This document shows, in pieces, positions 18,801 to 27,712 of a stretch of 64,000 nucleotides of DNA; the first letter of the stretch is position 1, and every line of letters begins with the position of its first letter. This DNA comes from Flavobacteriales bacterium (GTDB taxonomy: Bacteria > Bacteroidota > Bacteroidia > Flavobacteriales_F > PHOS-HE28). The stretch covers positions 26,136-90,135 of the forward strand of contig JBGAJW010000008.1 in the NCBI GenBank assembly GCA_044224725.1, given 5' to 3'. Both the position numbers and the translations under genes were made by a program. The notes beneath the pieces were generated by a model that worked only from the letters and a program-made list of their open reading frames with translations, did not search any database and had not been told where the DNA came from.

Positions 18801-21800
18801 CCACAACAAGGAGGCACATGGAAGCGGCTTCCGGCGGGTACCGTGGTGAGCCCTTTCTACAACGCATCCGTTGATGCGCCCGGCACCTACCAGTTCCGTT
18901 ATGTGCTGACGGGCTCTGTCGGATGCCAATCCGATTCATCGCTCGTTTCGATCACGGTCATAGCGGCACCTGAAGCCGGACCGGTCACGGCGAACGTCAC
19001 CTATTGCAGCAGTGGTGCGATAGCCGCTCTGATGGATAATCTGCCGGGAGCACAGTCCGGTGGCCAATGGAAGAAGCAAGGCCAGCCCGGAATTTCTACC
19101 GGCAACTACAACCCGCCGGGTACCGGTGCCTTCGACAGCCCAGGTCTTTTCTACTACATCGTTCCCGGCAATGCGCCTTGCGGTGCGGATACCGCGCGGC
19201 TCACTGTGAATGAGGTCGTGGCCCCGAACGCGGGAACGAGTGTCCCGCTCACGCGGTGTATCCTCAGTCCGGCGTTCAACATGACGCAACAGCTCGGCGG
19301 CTCCCCTGCGGCGAACGGCGTGTGGACCGCACCGGGTGGTGTGACCCATTCCTCCACCTTCGTTCCGGGAGTGGATCCCGGCGGAACATGGACCTATACG
19401 GTGCCGGGCACGGCGCCCTGCGCGAACGGCACCGCACAGCTCACCATCACCATCGCCGCGCAGCCGAACGCGGGATTGGACGGGACACTGAACATCTGCA
19501 GCAACGCCGCCGACTTTCCGTTGTCGAATGTGCTCAATGGTACACCTGGGACCGGTGGGACCTGGTATGATTCCACAGGAAGCGTAGTACCGAGCCAGTT
19601 CTTTTTCCCCGATCCAACTACCACAGGGGAGAACGTCTTCACCTACGTTGTTGCCGGCACTGCGCCCTGCGTGAACGATACCGCGGTGGCGACCATCTTC
19701 GAGAGCAAGGAGGCCGATGCGGGCATCACCAGCAGCGTTCAGCATTGCCCCACCAATGGTGCGCTCGATCTGTTTGACGTGCTCGGGGGCACTCCCGATC
19801 CGACCGGTTCATGGAGCAACGGATTCAACGGGACCTATGTGCCGGGGATCAATACGCCGGGCCCATACACATACACGGTAACGGGTGTGCCTCCATGTAC
19901 GAGCGCTAGTGCCACGGTGACCGTGGCGGAAGTGGTTCCGCCGTCAGCCGGCGTGAACACGAGCCTGTTGGTCTGCACCTCCGACGAGCCCTTCGGCTTG
20001 GCAGATGAACTGAACGGCGATCCCGATCCGGGAGGAACATGGTACTTGAGCGGACAGATCTCCCCTGTGTTCTTCAACCCCGGAACACGACCACCGGGTA
20101 CCTATGTTTTCTTGTACGTGGTGGACGGGGAGGGGACCTGCGTGGCTGATTCCGCGACCCTTACCATTACGCTCTTCCAAGAAGTGGATGCGGGCTGCAA
20201 CGGCACGCTCCAGCTGTGCAGCTCCAGTCCTTCGACCCCGCTTTTCCCTTCGTTGGGATGTACTCCGCAGACCGGAGGAACTTGGCGGCGGCCCGGCGGC
20301 CAATCGCACACGGGCATTTTCAATCCCGCCACGGATCCCGTTGGCTTCTATACGTATCGTCGCGCGGCCAATGGTGCCTGCCCTGCCGATAGCGCGACCG
20401 TGCTCGTTTCATTGGTGCAGCAGCCCAATGCGGGCGGGCCGGGCCAAGCCACGGCGTGCAGTGATCAGGCCCCCTTCCCGCTGATCAACTTCCTCTCCGG
20501 GAATCCGCAAACGGGAGGTACTTGGACAGACCCGCAGGGCGATCCGCACAGCGGCATCTACGTTCCCCAGTTCGATGGCCCCGGTATTTATACCTACACG
20601 TTGGCAGGGGTATCCCCGTGCTCCGGTTCTTCGGCGCAAGTGAACGTGATCGAGTACCAGCGCCCGTTCGCCGGCGAGGACGGGTTCAGGCAGGTATGCA
20701 GCGATGAGTCCGGCACGTTCCCGCTCATCACGGTGCTCACCGGCGGGCCGAACCCCTTGGGCACATGGTACGCTCCCGGTGGCGCGGCCTATCCGCAAGG
20801 CACGTTCGATCCAGGCGTGACGACCCCGGGCCAGTACACGTACGTTGTGCAAGGAAATGCCCCATGTCCGAACGATACGTCCAAAGTGACGGTCCTGCAG
20901 ACCACTGCCCCCGAAGCGGGGATCAGCACGGCCGTGCAGGTGTGCAACACCGCGGGCGGCCAATCCCTGAACGATCTTTTGGGCGGTGACCCGGACGCGG
21001 GAGGGACGTGGACGGATCCGGCAGGGCAGGCGCACAGCAGCACCTTCGATCCCGCCGTGGACCCGCCCGGCACCTACAAGTACCGGGTGGGCGGAGTGAG
21101 CCCATGCGGGAACGATTCCGCTACTGTTACCATCAGCTTGGTATCCGCCCCGAATGCCGGATCGGACGGTGCGCTCAGCGCGTGCATCAGTGAGAACAGT
21201 GTCACCCTTTTCGACGGGATCGGCGGCTCACCGCAACCCAATGGCACTTGGACGGGTGCGAACCAGGTGAACGGCATCTTCAACCCCACCCAGGTGGCCC
21301 CGGGCACCTATCCCTTCATCTACACGGTGAACGGCGGTGGCACGTGCGCGGCGGACCAGTCCACGGTGACCGTTACGGTAACGAACGCGCTGGACGCGGG
21401 AACTGCGGGCACGGGCGAAGTGTGCAGCGGAACGGAGGCCGACCTCTTCACCTTCCTCACGGGTGCGCCGCAGCTCGGCGGCATCTGGCGTGACATGGAC
21501 AATACGAACGCCGTGGATGATGAGGGCGTATTCGATGCCAGCATCGTAGGGGTCGGTCAGTACGGCTTCAGATACGTGCATGAGGGTACCGACAATTGCC
21601 CTGGGGATTCAGCGCTCGTGACCATAACCGTGATACCGGGACCTGATGCGGGTTCAAACAGTACCGTACCCCTTTGCAGCAGCGCCAACCAGCTGCAGCT
21701 CATCACCCTGTTGGGCGGATCCCCGGACACGGACGGACAGTGGTACGGCCCCACGTTCAATGCGGTCTCCGGCACCTTCGACCCGGCCACCGGTTCCGCC

Positions 21801-23891
21801 GGCATCTACACCTATGTGGCCCCGGGTGAGGGCGGGTGCGCGAACGATTCCGCCGAGGTGAACATCCTCCTCAATATCGCTCCGAACGCCGGGGGCAACG
21901 GATCGCTGACCATCTGTGCGGATGGTGATCCCACGGACCTCTTTCCGCTGCTGGCGGGTTCTCCCGATGCGACGGGATCATGGACCTGCTGTGGCGGTGT
22001 GAACCACAGCGGCATCTACATCCCTGCCGTGAACAATACCGGTGGCTACACCTATACGGTAACCGGCCAGGGCGCTTGCCCGAATGCGAGCGCGACGGTG
22101 TTCGTCACGGAACAGGCCGCCCCGAACGCCGGCGCATCAGACGTGATCACCGCCTGTTCGAGCGCTGTGCCTTTCAGTATGTTGGACGAATTGTCCGGAT
22201 CACCGCAGAATACAGGTGTCTGGACGGATCCTGACGGGCAGGTCCACAATGTGATCTTCGATCCCGCAGCCGATAGCTCTGGCGTGTACACCTATACCGT
22301 GAGCGGAGGCAGCGCGTGCGCCCCCGCGATCGCGACCCTCACGGTGGACCTGATCCATGTGCCGGACGCCGGCGCGGACAGTACGCTGGCGGCCTGCGCT
22401 ACGGAGACGGCCGTCGATCTTTTCGCCGCGTTGGGGCCGGAGGCCGATACCGGCGGCATCTGGACGGACATCACCGGTGTCGGCGCGGCATTGCAGGACG
22501 GGATCTTCGACGCATCGGCCGTGGGTATCGGCACCTTCCTGTTCGGTTACAACCTGCCCGGAAATGGTCCGTGCCTCGGCGATAACGCCACCCTGACCGT
22601 GGAAGTCGGTGCGGGCCTGGATCCAGGCATTGGCGGAACGGATACGATCTGCGGCGGCAACAGCGCCTATAACATGTTCGGATCTCTCAGCGGCACTCCG
22701 AACCATGACGGTGTATGGACCTCCGGTTCGGTTCCGGGTGTCCTGACGGACAGCCTGCTCAATGCGTCCCTGCTGCCACCCGGCGGACCGTATCCGTTCA
22801 GCTATACCGTGACCGATCCCGGCTGCGGTGAAGCATCGAGCGTGGTGAGCCTTTACATCTCAGCTTATCCTGACCCCGGGGCCGATACGACGATCACCGT
22901 ATGCAGTACGGCGAACCCCTTCGGTCTGTTCAACCTGCTCGGCGGGAGCCCGGATGCTGGCGGCACTTGGACGACCTTGAACGGTGTGGCGGTGAGTCCC
23001 AGCTTCAACCCAGGAACGGACGACAGCGGCAGTTTCCGTTACAACCTGCCGGGTAGCGCTCCCTGCAACGACACGAGCGCGGTGATCACCATCACGGTGA
23101 ATGACCCGCCCAACGCCGGGGCGGATGCCACATTGCTCGAGTGCAACTCCGGCAGTTTGAACCTGAACACCGCGCTCTTGCCCGATGCCCAGCCCGGTGG
23201 CTCATGGATCGACAATGGCAATACAGGGCAGCTGGCCGGGCCCATCCTCAACCTCGGTGGACTCGCAGCGGGTCCGCACCCCTTCACGTACCTCCTGGTC
23301 GTTCCGTCCTGCGGCACGGACATGGCCTCCTATCTGCTCACCGCAGTGGAAGCCGTGCGAGTGACGGATACCGTGCTCACCTGCAATGAGGATGACCGGA
23401 CCTACACGGTCTCCGTCACCATTGAGGGCGGGGATCCAATGACCTATAGCGTGACCGGTCTGGATGGAACGATGACCATAGAGTCCCCGTACATCTTCAC
23501 GAGTTCGCCGATCCTCACCAGCCAATCCTTCAGCATCATCGTTACCGACACGAACGATTGCGGACCGCGCGTGGTGGAAGGCATCACACCGTGTGATTTC
23601 GAGGAACCCGTATTCGTTCCCGAGTCCTTCACGCCGAACGGGGACGGGGCCAATGACGTGTTCGTGATCCCAGGCATCGAGGGATTCCCCGGAAATACCA
23701 TCGACATCTTCAATCGCTGGGGCAGTGAGGTTTACAGCGCCGCCGGTTACAACAACAGGACCGTTGTCTGGAACGGTACAGCGGATAACGCGCTGCTGTC
23801 CGGTGATCTGCCCACGGGCACGTACTACTACGTGCTGGAACTGGGCAATGGGATCGAACCGCTCAAGGGTTTCGTGTATCTGAACCGATGA
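15852..23891 (+). CDS. Giant Cys-containing repeat surface protein with N-terminal CUB-like domain and T9SS type B CTD (~2680 aa)
   Basis: GTG at 15852 gives a clean signal peptide (ATALG|Q); in-frame ATGs at 15687 and 15789 are alternatives. CTGTFYDSGG...YGSNE domain, many PNAGxNGxLxxC...GGTW...YTYTVxGxxPC repeats, and C-terminal PESFTPNGDGAND...KGFVYLNR. Confidence 0.88.
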   Translation: MRSRSSFLNALRAGVLPALAALIVPATALGQTFLMADGAQWETCTGTFYDSGGAAGNYGSNESMTATLCPSGGAGSGPFTSVTFTVWSVGLTDLLDNLVIHNGASASDPVLATGSLLNSLQGQTFTSTDPSGCLTFVWTSDLLLNDAGWAAEIHTGPDAGGNGSVTVCSSAADLDLFAVLSGSPDVGGQWTFGGNLVSNTFSPATSPGGVYTYTVPAVAPCVDAVATVTVTKVTAANAGFDNAIEVCSSEAAFSMRSRLLGAPQAGGTWTLSGNSHGDQFNPATDVGGVYTYLVSGTAPCADATAQLTITMVEAPSAGTNGTLNVCSTASAQDLFASLVGSPDAGGTWTKPGNLPHSGQFIPGTDPAGTYTYRVAGQSPCADATATVAVTVQTAVDPGTSTSTSVCSNGASVNIKTLLGTTATGTWSGPSTVTSNLYDPVTMTPGTYTFSVAATGVCPSVSATVGVTEVQAPDAGNNGTLTVCSSGANVDLFTRLGGAPNSGGTWTTSGNIPFPTGIFVPGTSTAGTYTYTVAGTAPCANDQATVTVTQVTARNAGTNGTLTTCSSSAPTDMFPLLGGGPQAGGTWYKPVPPGGAVAGSFYNPALPGLPAGVYTYVLTGTAPCPNDSATVTVVENQAPNAGTNGTLTLCNTGATVNLISALGGSPGGSGSWLDPSNQPFPTGQFNPATGTAGAYKYIITGTAPCINDTGFVTVTVHQQPNAGFSGDTIVCSDGPDFPLLSVLNGTPGSGGQWSPGNGTYDCGTGQAGSFTYTITATAPCVNASAVATVAEIQRPNAGGNGSVTLCSTEPPLNLFSRLTGSPQPGGTWTPGDPSGVYTPGTSTAGVYTYTLPGAAPCANSTATVTVTQNQAPDPGTDATVTICAGTGILNLFPELGGSPDPGGTWSSLDNIAPGSMTNGLFTYTGVGAGNYDFQYTVAASGGCPGDFAEVRVTITATLDAGTNGNCSVCRTNTAYNLFSCLNGTPQQGGTWKRLPAGTVVSPFYNASVDAPGTYQFRYVLTGSVGCQSDSSLVSITVIAAPEAGPVTANVTYCSSGAIAALMDNLPGAQSGGQWKKQGQPGISTGNYNPPGTGAFDSPGLFYYIVPGNAPCGADTARLTVNEVVAPNAGTSVPLTRCILSPAFNMTQQLGGSPAANGVWTAPGGVTHSSTFVPGVDPGGTWTYTVPGTAPCANGTAQLTITIAAQPNAGLDGTLNICSNAADFPLSNVLNGTPGTGGTWYDSTGSVVPSQFFFPDPTTTGENVFTYVVAGTAPCVNDTAVATIFESKEADAGITSSVQHCPTNGALDLFDVLGGTPDPTGSWSNGFNGTYVPGINTPGPYTYTVTGVPPCTSASATVTVAEVVPPSAGVNTSLLVCTSDEPFGLADELNGDPDPGGTWYLSGQISPVFFNPGTRPPGTYVFLYVVDGEGTCVADSATLTITLFQEVDAGCNGTLQLCSSSPSTPLFPSLGCTPQTGGTWRRPGGQSHTGIFNPATDPVGFYTYRRAANGACPADSATVLVSLVQQPNAGGPGQATACSDQAPFPLINFLSGNPQTGGTWTDPQGDPHSGIYVPQFDGPGIYTYTLAGVSPCSGSSAQVNVIEYQRPFAGEDGFRQVCSDESGTFPLITVLTGGPNPLGTWYAPGGAAYPQGTFDPGVTTPGQYTYVVQGNAPCPNDTSKVTVLQTTAPEAGISTAVQVCNTAGGQSLNDLLGGDPDAGGTWTDPAGQAHSSTFDPAVDPPGTYKYRVGGVSPCGNDSATVTISLVSAPNAGSDGALSACISENSVTLFDGIGGSPQPNGTWTGANQVNGIFNPTQVAPGTYPFIYTVNGGGTCAADQSTVTVTVTNALDAGTAGTGEVCSGTEADLFTFLTGAPQLGGIWRDMDNTNAVDDEGVFDASIVGVGQYGFRYVHEGTDNCPGDSALVTITVIPGPDAGSNSTVPLCSSANQLQLITLLGGSPDTDGQWYGPTFNAVSGTFDPATGSAGIYTYVAPGEGGCANDSAEVNILLNIAPNAGGNGSLTICADGDPTDLFPLLAGSPDATGSWTCCGGVNHSGIYIPAVNNTGGYTYTVTGQGACPNASATVFVTEQAAPNAGASDVITACSSAVPFSMLDELSGSPQNTGVWTDPDGQVHNVIFDPAADSSGVYTYTVSGGSACAPAIATLTVDLIHVPDAGADSTLAACATETAVDLFAALGPEADTGGIWTDITGVGAALQDGIFDASAVGIGTFLFGYNLPGNGPCLGDNATLTVEVGAGLDPGIGGTDTICGGNSAYNMFGSLSGTPNHDGVWTSGSVPGVLTDSLLNASLLPPGGPYPFSYTVTDPGCGEASSVVSLYISAYPDPGADTTITVCSTANPFGLFNLLGGSPDAGGTWTTLNGVAVSPSFNPGTDDSGSFRYNLPGSAPCNDTSAVITITVNDPPNAGADATLLECNSGSLNLNTALLPDAQPGGSWIDNGNTGQLAGPILNLGGLAAGPHPFTYLLVVPSCGTDMASYLLTAVEAVRVTDTVLTCNEDDRTYTVSVTIEGGDPMTYSVTGLDGTMTIESPYIFTSSPILTSQSFSIIVTDTNDCGPRVVEGITPCDFEEPVFVPESFTPNGDGANDVFVIPGIEGFPGNTIDIFNRWGSEVYSAAGYNNRTVVWNGTADNALLSGDLPTGTYYYVLELGNGIEPLKGFVYLNR

Positions 23892-24847
23892 GGACCAAGA
23901 GCGGATATCAGCTGACAGGCCATGGGTGGTGGAACTCCATCGTCCACGGCGTTATGCTTTCCATCGGGATCCTGTCGACTTCAGGATCGATCGCCCAGCA
24001 GGACCCGATGTACAGCCAGTACATGTTCAACACGCTGGCTTACAACCCGGCCTATGCGGGCAGTGCTGACGTGCTCACCGCGATGGCCTTGAGCCGCCAC
24101 CAGTGGGTGGGCTTCGCGGGCGCGCCTTCGACGCAAACACTTTCCGTCCACTCCCCATTGCCGGGGCAGACGCTTTCGCTCGGCGGCACATTGATCCATG
24201 ACGTGACCGGTCCCGCCAAACAGAGCAGCGCGTTCATCGACGCGGCCTACCGCATCCGCACGGGCACCGATACGCGGTTGTCTTTCGGCCTGAAGGGAGG
24301 GATCAATTTCTTCCAAGCGGACATCGGTTCGCTCAGCACCGTGGACTATGATCCGAGTAATGCCAGCATCAGCGGCAAGGTGCTGCCGAACATCGGCTTC
24401 GGCCTGTTCTGGCATTCGCCGAGGTACTATGTGGGCCTCAGCGCGCCCAAGCTTTTGGAGAATACGATCGGCGCGGACGGCGGGGTGGTGACCAACCGCG
24501 AATTCCGGCATTATTTCCTCATGGGCGGCTACGTGATGGACCTGAACCGTGACCTGAAATTCAAGCCGTCCGTGATGATGCGCGTGGTGCAGGGCGCGCC
24601 GATGTCCGTGGATCTGAACGCGAACTTCCTGCTGCGTGACAAGGTGTGGTTCGGCGGCATGTACCGGTTGGGCAGTGGCCTCGGTTTCATGGCGCAATAC
24701 CGCTTCAATGAGCAACTGCGCGGAGGCTACGCCTTCGACCTCACCACCACGCGCATCGGTGCCTACAACGCGGGTACGCATGAGATCATGGTCTCGTACG
24801 ATCTCCGCTTCACCCAGGGCCGCACCATCTCACCACGATACTTCTGA
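23888..24847 (+). CDS. PorP/SprF family T9SS outer-membrane protein
   Basis: QQDPMYSQYMFN...NPAYAG...RHQWVGFAGAPST...GTHEI...SPRYF. Confidence 0.93.
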   Translation: MRTKSGYQLTGHGWWNSIVHGVMLSIGILSTSGSIAQQDPMYSQYMFNTLAYNPAYAGSADVLTAMALSRHQWVGFAGAPSTQTLSVHSPLPGQTLSLGGTLIHDVTGPAKQSSAFIDAAYRIRTGTDTRLSFGLKGGINFFQADIGSLSTVDYDPSNASISGKVLPNIGFGLFWHSPRYYVGLSAPKLLENTIGADGGVVTNREFRHYFLMGGYVMDLNRDLKFKPSVMMRVVQGAPMSVDLNANFLLRDKVWFGGMYRLGSGLGFMAQYRFNEQLRGGYAFDLTTTRIGAYNAGTHEIMVSYDLRFTQGRTISPRYF

Positions 24848-27054
24848 TGCGGGCGGTCACGCGGCATACCCTGTTACTCGCGTTGTTCGCGTTGGCCCTC
24901 GTGGGACAGGCGCAGCACGGCGGGGACCCGGACGCGCACACGCGCATCGCCGATCACCACTACCAACGCATGGCCTATGCGCCCGCTGCCGAGGAATACC
25001 GCTTGGCCGCAGAGCTCGGCGCTACGAACGAACATGTCGCCAAACGCCTGGCCGATTGCTATATGAAGCTCGGGGACACGGAGCACGCCGAAGCGCAGTA
25101 CGCCCAAGTGGTGAAGTACCTCAACGTGCAGCCGATCGACTACTACAACTATGCACAGGCGCTGAAGGGCAATGCGAAGTACGCAGAGGCCGAGACCTGG
25201 ATGGACAAATACCTCTCCATCGCCCAGCCCGAAGGGCAGTCTCCGCACAGCAACATCAGCGACTTCGCGAAGAAGTTCACCTATGGCATGGACCGTTTCA
25301 CGGTGCGGGGCGTATCGGTGAATACCCCGTTCTGCGACATGGCCGCCACGTGGAACGGTACACAGGGCGTGATCTTCAGCAGCAGCCGCAATGAGCGCAC
25401 CGGCATCCAGCGCCGTGCCGCATGGAACGACCAGCCCTTCCTCGACCTGTACACGGCCGATCGACAGCCGGGCGGGGACCTCATCAATGCGCGGCTGCTT
25501 GCCGGTGATGTGAACGGCCCGTTGCATGAAGGCCCCGCTGTGTGCGATGCTTCCGGTAATGCATTGTGGTACACGCGCAACAGTGCCGTTCGCGGCAAGA
25601 GCGGCGTGATCCAGTTGAGCATCCTGCGCGCCAGCAGGATCGGCAACGAATGGCGCGGGGCGGAACCGTTCATCCTGAACAACCCGGAGACTTCCACGGG
25701 ACATCCGGCCATCTCAGCCGATGGACGCACGCTCATGTTCGTGAGCGATATGCCTGGCGGCCATGGCGGTACGGACATCTACGTGTGCAAGGACCAGGGC
25801 GGCAGATGGGGAGAACCCGTCAACCTCGGACCGGCCGTGAACAGCATGGGCAATGAGGCGTTCCCCTTCCTCGGCGCCGATGGCACCTTGTATTTCTCGA
25901 GTACGGGTCTGCCAGGGCTCGGCGGTCTTGACGTCTTCGCTGCACAGCGCGGAGAGGAAGGCTCGTATTCAGTGGCCATCAACCTGGGGGCCCCGGTGAA
26001 CGGACCAAAGGACGACTTCGCCTTCATCATCGATGCGGCCGGCAAGAACGGCTACTTCACCAGCAACCGGCCGGGCGGGGCGGGAGATGATGATATCTAT
26101 ACTTTCCAGATGCACACACCGCTGGAGCAGCGCTACCTGTGTACCGGAACGGTCATTGATGACGATACGGGCCTTCCACTGATCGAAGTGGAAGTGACCC
26201 TGGTGGACGACAAGGGTGCCGTGCTGGAGACCAAGCAGACCGACATCAACGGCAAGTACTCTTTCCCTGTGGAGAAGAACAAAGAGTACCGCGTGACGGC
26301 CCGCATGAAAGGCCGTTTCGACGGGGAACAGCACCTGAGCACGGAGAACATCGAGAAACAGCAGATCCTCGCGCGCGATATCCATCTGGTGCCCGATGCG
26401 GGCATCTGGCTGCGCGGAGCGGTGCGCTACAAGGACCGCCTCGGTTTCATGGAAGGCGTGAACGTGAGCCTGGTGAACCTCGGCAGCTTCTACACCGAGA
26501 CGCGCATGACCGGCCCAGGCGGCGATTTCAGCTTCCGCCTGCAGGCGAACGAGGAGTTCGAAGTGCTCGTGGAAAGCAAGGGTTTCTACAGCATGAGCGT
26601 GCCGGTGAAGACCACCGGCATGACGCGCGGGGTCATCGACCTGAACGAAGCAACGGAACTCAGCCTGGAACCCATCGAGATCGGCAAGCCGGTGCGATTG
26701 AAATACCAGAAGTGGGCCCAAGGCAGCAGCACCCTTGATCCGGTGGCCAAGACCGAGCTTGATGCCTTGGCCGAGCGCCTTCAGGTGAACCCGCAGCTCA
26801 TGGTGGAGATCGGTGTGCACAGCGATGCCCGTGGCGATGCGTCCGAGGAACTGAAGCTCACCCAGAAGCGGGCCGACGCCATCATCGCGCACCTCAAGGT
26901 GAAGGGCATCACACGGGAGCGCCTTACGGCGAAGGGCTATGGCATGACCCGCTTGCTGAACAATTGCGGGCCCGGTGTCACATGCTCCGAGGCGGAGCAC
27001 GCCGAGAACCGTCGCGTGGAGTACACGGTCACGAGCATCCTCGATCCGAAGTAG
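24847..27054 (+). CDS. PorE-like OmpA family protein (TPR + PD40 + carboxypeptidase-regulatory-like + OmpA_C)
   Basis: TPR start, PD40 motifs (HPAISADGRTLMFVSDMPGG, NLGPAVNS, FTSNRPGG), and OmpA_C (HSDARG...KGYG...NRRVE). Confidence 0.9.
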   Translation: MRAVTRHTLLLALFALALVGQAQHGGDPDAHTRIADHHYQRMAYAPAAEEYRLAAELGATNEHVAKRLADCYMKLGDTEHAEAQYAQVVKYLNVQPIDYYNYAQALKGNAKYAEAETWMDKYLSIAQPEGQSPHSNISDFAKKFTYGMDRFTVRGVSVNTPFCDMAATWNGTQGVIFSSSRNERTGIQRRAAWNDQPFLDLYTADRQPGGDLINARLLAGDVNGPLHEGPAVCDASGNALWYTRNSAVRGKSGVIQLSILRASRIGNEWRGAEPFILNNPETSTGHPAISADGRTLMFVSDMPGGHGGTDIYVCKDQGGRWGEPVNLGPAVNSMGNEAFPFLGADGTLYFSSTGLPGLGGLDVFAAQRGEEGSYSVAINLGAPVNGPKDDFAFIIDAAGKNGYFTSNRPGGAGDDDIYTFQMHTPLEQRYLCTGTVIDDDTGLPLIEVEVTLVDDKGAVLETKQTDINGKYSFPVEKNKEYRVTARMKGRFDGEQHLSTENIEKQQILARDIHLVPDAGIWLRGAVRYKDRLGFMEGVNVSLVNLGSFYTETRMTGPGGDFSFRLQANEEFEVLVESKGFYSMSVPVKTTGMTRGVIDLNEATELSLEPIEIGKPVRLKYQKWAQGSSTLDPVAKTELDALAERLQVNPQLMVEIGVHSDARGDASEELKLTQKRADAIIAHLKVKGITRERLTAKGYGMTRLLNNCGPGVTCSEAEHAENRRVEYTVTSILDPK

Positions 27055-27057
27055 CGG

Positions 27058-27696
27058 TCACGGTCTTCCCGAAGGCAGCGGGGCGAAGCGATATCCTTCC
27101 TTCATCAGTCTTTCCACAACGACGGGCATGGAGGCACGCATCCGTTCTGCGCATTTCACGCTGTCATGGAATACGATGATGCTGCCGGGGCGCACCTGTC
27201 GAAGTACCTCGTCGATCCGTGACCTGTCCGTGTACCGGTCCTCGAAGTCATACGCCAGCACATCCCACATCACGACCTGGAAGCGCTTGCGCAATGCGGC
27301 CAATTGGCGGTTCGTGATCCGGCCGTAAGGTGGGCGGAACAAACCCGTCGCGGTCAGTTCTTGGCAGGCCAGAACGTTGCGGAAGTAGCTGCGCGGTGTC
27401 GTACTCCACCCGCTGGGATGGTCCCAGGTATGGTTGCCCACCACATGTCCTTCGGCTTTCAACCGCGCGAAGAGATCAGGATGGGCCGCGATGTTCTTCC
27501 CGATGCAGAAGAAGGTCGCCTTCACACCGAAGTGCTGGAGCGTGTCGAGCACCCACGGCGTCACCTCCGGGACGGGGCCATCATCGAACGTGAGGTAGAC
27601 CACCTTCGGTCCATCAGTGACGTCCACGCGCCAGAGCATGCGCCCGTCGAGCCGCAACAACCGGCCTACCGCATCCGTGATCGCGCGGGGCCACAT
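27058..27696 (-). CDS. Polysaccharide deacetylase (CE4/NodB)
   Basis: YLTFDDGP, NHTWDH, FRPPYG and IIVFHD motifs. Confidence 0.93.
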   Translation of the reverse strand: MWPRAITDAVGRLLRLDGRMLWRVDVTDGPKVVYLTFDDGPVPEVTPWVLDTLQHFGVKATFFCIGKNIAAHPDLFARLKAEGHVVGNHTWDHPSGWSTTPRSYFRNVLACQELTATGLFRPPYGRITNRQLAALRKRFQVVMWDVLAYDFEDRYTDRSRIDEVLRQVRPGSIIVFHDSVKCAERMRASMPVVVERLMKEGYRFAPLPSGRP

Positions 27697-27712
27697 GGTC
27701 CGGACAGCAAGC

